NCBI GenBank assembly: GCA_021432655.1
Contig: MU271349.1
Span: 3,442-67,441, forward strand
Origin: Atractiella rhizophila
Taxonomy: Eukaryota
DNA length: 64,000 nucleotides
Reading direction: 5' to 3'
The notes beneath the pieces were generated by a model. That model was not told the DNA's origin. It did no database searches and worked only from the letters and a program-made list of their open reading frames with translations. Positions within the stretch are counted from its first letter, which is position 1, and every line of letters begins with the position of its first letter. The translations under genes and the position numbers were made by a program. Below are positions 61,953 through 64,000 of the stretch, piece after piece.

Positions 61953-62754
61953 TTACTACATTCACCAATAAGGAACCCATCAGCGAGTGCGCCACAGGAA
62001 AGCAAGACATAACACGGACCTCTTCTTCCTCATCAGCAGCCTCTCCGCCGCCAGCAGCTGCGCGAGCCCTCTTTCGCTTAACACGTCCGGCCCTTCCACC
62101 TCCATACGGAGAGGTCAAGGCGAAGTCAATGTGCTATTGCGGTATTTGATCAGCGTCAGGGCTGTGACATCGCAAACAACGTACTTTCTGAGAATCCAGA
62201 CGGACGACGAAGGAGGGGACGTTGACGATTTGTTTTCCGACACTGCACAGTAACCATTCAACCCAATGCTTGTATGAATGAGCAAGTTGCGCACCGAATG
62301 TGCCTCTGCCTGATGAGGACCCTAGCGTGATGAATGCTCTTCGCGAGACCGGACTTGAAGACCTGAGTCTGGAGCCTCCTCTCCATGAAATCCTCGATTT
62401 TGAGGGCAAGCACATAGTCGAGCCTCATCCTATTCTCATCCAACACCCCGATCCTGACCAACCTCCTAATCAACGCATTACCCTCGAAGAGCCTCTTGGG
62501 ATCCTTGTCCTCCAACTTGAGAAGTTCACGAGCAGCTCGTCGAATCTTGGACAGGATGAGAGAGATACGCCAAATCTCTCGCTTGTTTCGGAGACCGTAT
62601 TCTCCAGCGAGACGAAGCTCGGAGTCGAGACGGGGAGCCTCGAATGGTCGACGAGGGACCTTGTAGCTGCCGACAGAGAAATTAATAACATCAGAGTGGA
62701 CGGGAGGAGCATGATGGCATACGTTTTTGAAGCGTTCCTTGGAGCCTTCGGCAT
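61953..62754 (-). CDS. RPS9: 40S ribosomal protein S9 (uS4), multi-exon
   Basis: [37 protein letters not shown]...[14 protein letters not shown]...[70 protein letters not shown]. Confidence 0.96.
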
Positions 62755-62924
62755 GATACTACTTACGTTGGACGCTTCTTCGTTAAAATGTTCCTCTGAC
62801 TGACTTGCGTGGCTCTCGTATTTTTCGGAAAATAAACCTGGCCCCCTAGGTTTGGTTTTGTCTGCTCACGACGATTCAGTTCTCAGGCTAAGTCCCATTT
62901 CTCTTCTCTTTCATCCCCTTCAAG

Positions 62925-63669
62925 AGTACGTTCTTATGCTCTTATGGATGTTGAGATGCTGACTGTTTCTCTTTCCAGTGCCCCACTCCTTGTTAGTTTC
63001 CTTCCTCACTTCAATGCTTCCATCTCTCCACCAAACGATGCGCTGACCACATGCTGATATTATAGCGGTTACCGTGCCCGCACGCGGGACATGTTCAAGA
63101 GGGGATTCAAAGAACATGGACCGATCAAGCTATCGACTTACCTGAAGGTTTACAAGGTTGGAGATATTGTTGACATCAAGGCAAATGCTGCTACTCAGCG
63201 TGGTATGCCACACAAGTACTACCACGGGTATGTTTCGTTACATCCTATGTTGGTGCTTGAGAACCTGAGAGGCATACGTGTGTGGATAAAGCCGTACCGG
63301 CGTTGTTTACAACGTCACGAAGAGCTCAGTCGGAGTGATCGTCTACAAAGTCGTCGGCAACCGATACCTCGAGAAGCGAGTCAACCTCAGGGTTGAGCAC
63401 GTTAAGCACTCCAAGTGCAGAGACGACTTTTTGCAGCGCGTCAAGTCCAATGCCCAGAAGAAGAAGGAGGCCAAGGAAGCTGGAAGTGAGTCTTTGTTCA
63501 GGCCTTTCCCCCCTTTCTTCATTCATCAAAATGTGAACTGACGGATGGATGATCAGACACTATCGTCCTCAAGCGTCTGCCTCTCGCACCCAGGGAGGCT
63601 CGTACCGTTTCCACAAAATCAAACATCCCAGAAACCCTCGCCCCTGTTGCTTACGACACCACAATCTAA
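62925..63669 (+). CDS. RPL21: 60S ribosomal protein L21 (eL21), multi-exon, start codon split by an intron
   Basis: A|TG CCC CAC TCC TT|C GGT TAC CGT = [65 protein letters not shown]. Confidence 0.95.
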
Positions 63670-64000
63670 GCGATTGTTTTGGTTTCTCCCGCCTATCCTC
63701 ATATCACCTACTTCTTCCTATGTGCCAATTTCGTCTATGCAAAACATCCATGGTATACGCATGCTCTCTGCACTTTCTCCGTTGTGTGACACCACTGTTC
63801 CGCCTAAGCCTAGCTCCCAGTACAGTTTCAATTTCCTCAGTATCAACTCCCTCCACACAACGACTCCAGCATTTTAATGCATAACTAATATTTTATATCA
63901 CAACTATCCTGACTCCTGACGGAGCGGATGAAGCGGAGCGTGAGCGTTTTTTGGGTGGATATCGCGCGATAGCGGCACATTGAGATTACGACTGCCATTC

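Noticed and set aside
63904..64000. Open frame ending at TAG 63904 on the minus strand; possible 3' end of the next gene
   Set aside because: Only 31 codons and no motif.
1..64000. CRISPR arrays, rRNA, tRNA and prokaryotic operons
   Set aside because: None seen; the DNA is spliceosomal-intron-rich and repeats are segmental or coding.

Overview
Intron-rich eukaryotic DNA from a basidiomycete fungus (short GT-AG introns with CTRAC-like branch points, FunK1 kinase, Zn2Cys6 factors; Pucciniomycotina-like is a guess). The ORF track is mostly fragmentary or spurious because genes are spliced, so I rebuilt gene models by hand. Conserved genes: SAM50 (partial), an RPA-interacting-like protein, a CBM12+DM9 lectin, MPH1/FANCM, MTR4, malate synthase, a Zn2Cys6 transcription factor, a TRS65-like TRAPPII subunit, an ABC transporter and a divergent RPS9/RPL21 pair. 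Between MPH1 and MTR4 lies a ~28-kb accessory region: a small Zn2Cys6 gene, a frameshifted FunK1 kinase, a family-16 methyltransferase, an F-box/LRR array and two copies of a head-to-head pair. That pair, the best candidate for an undescribed system, is an atypical HSPA12-type Hsp70 plus a coiled-coil protein whose C-terminus resembles the GrpE head domain (inference). At least five tandem duplications with breakpoints inside genes create truncated or chimeric genes.
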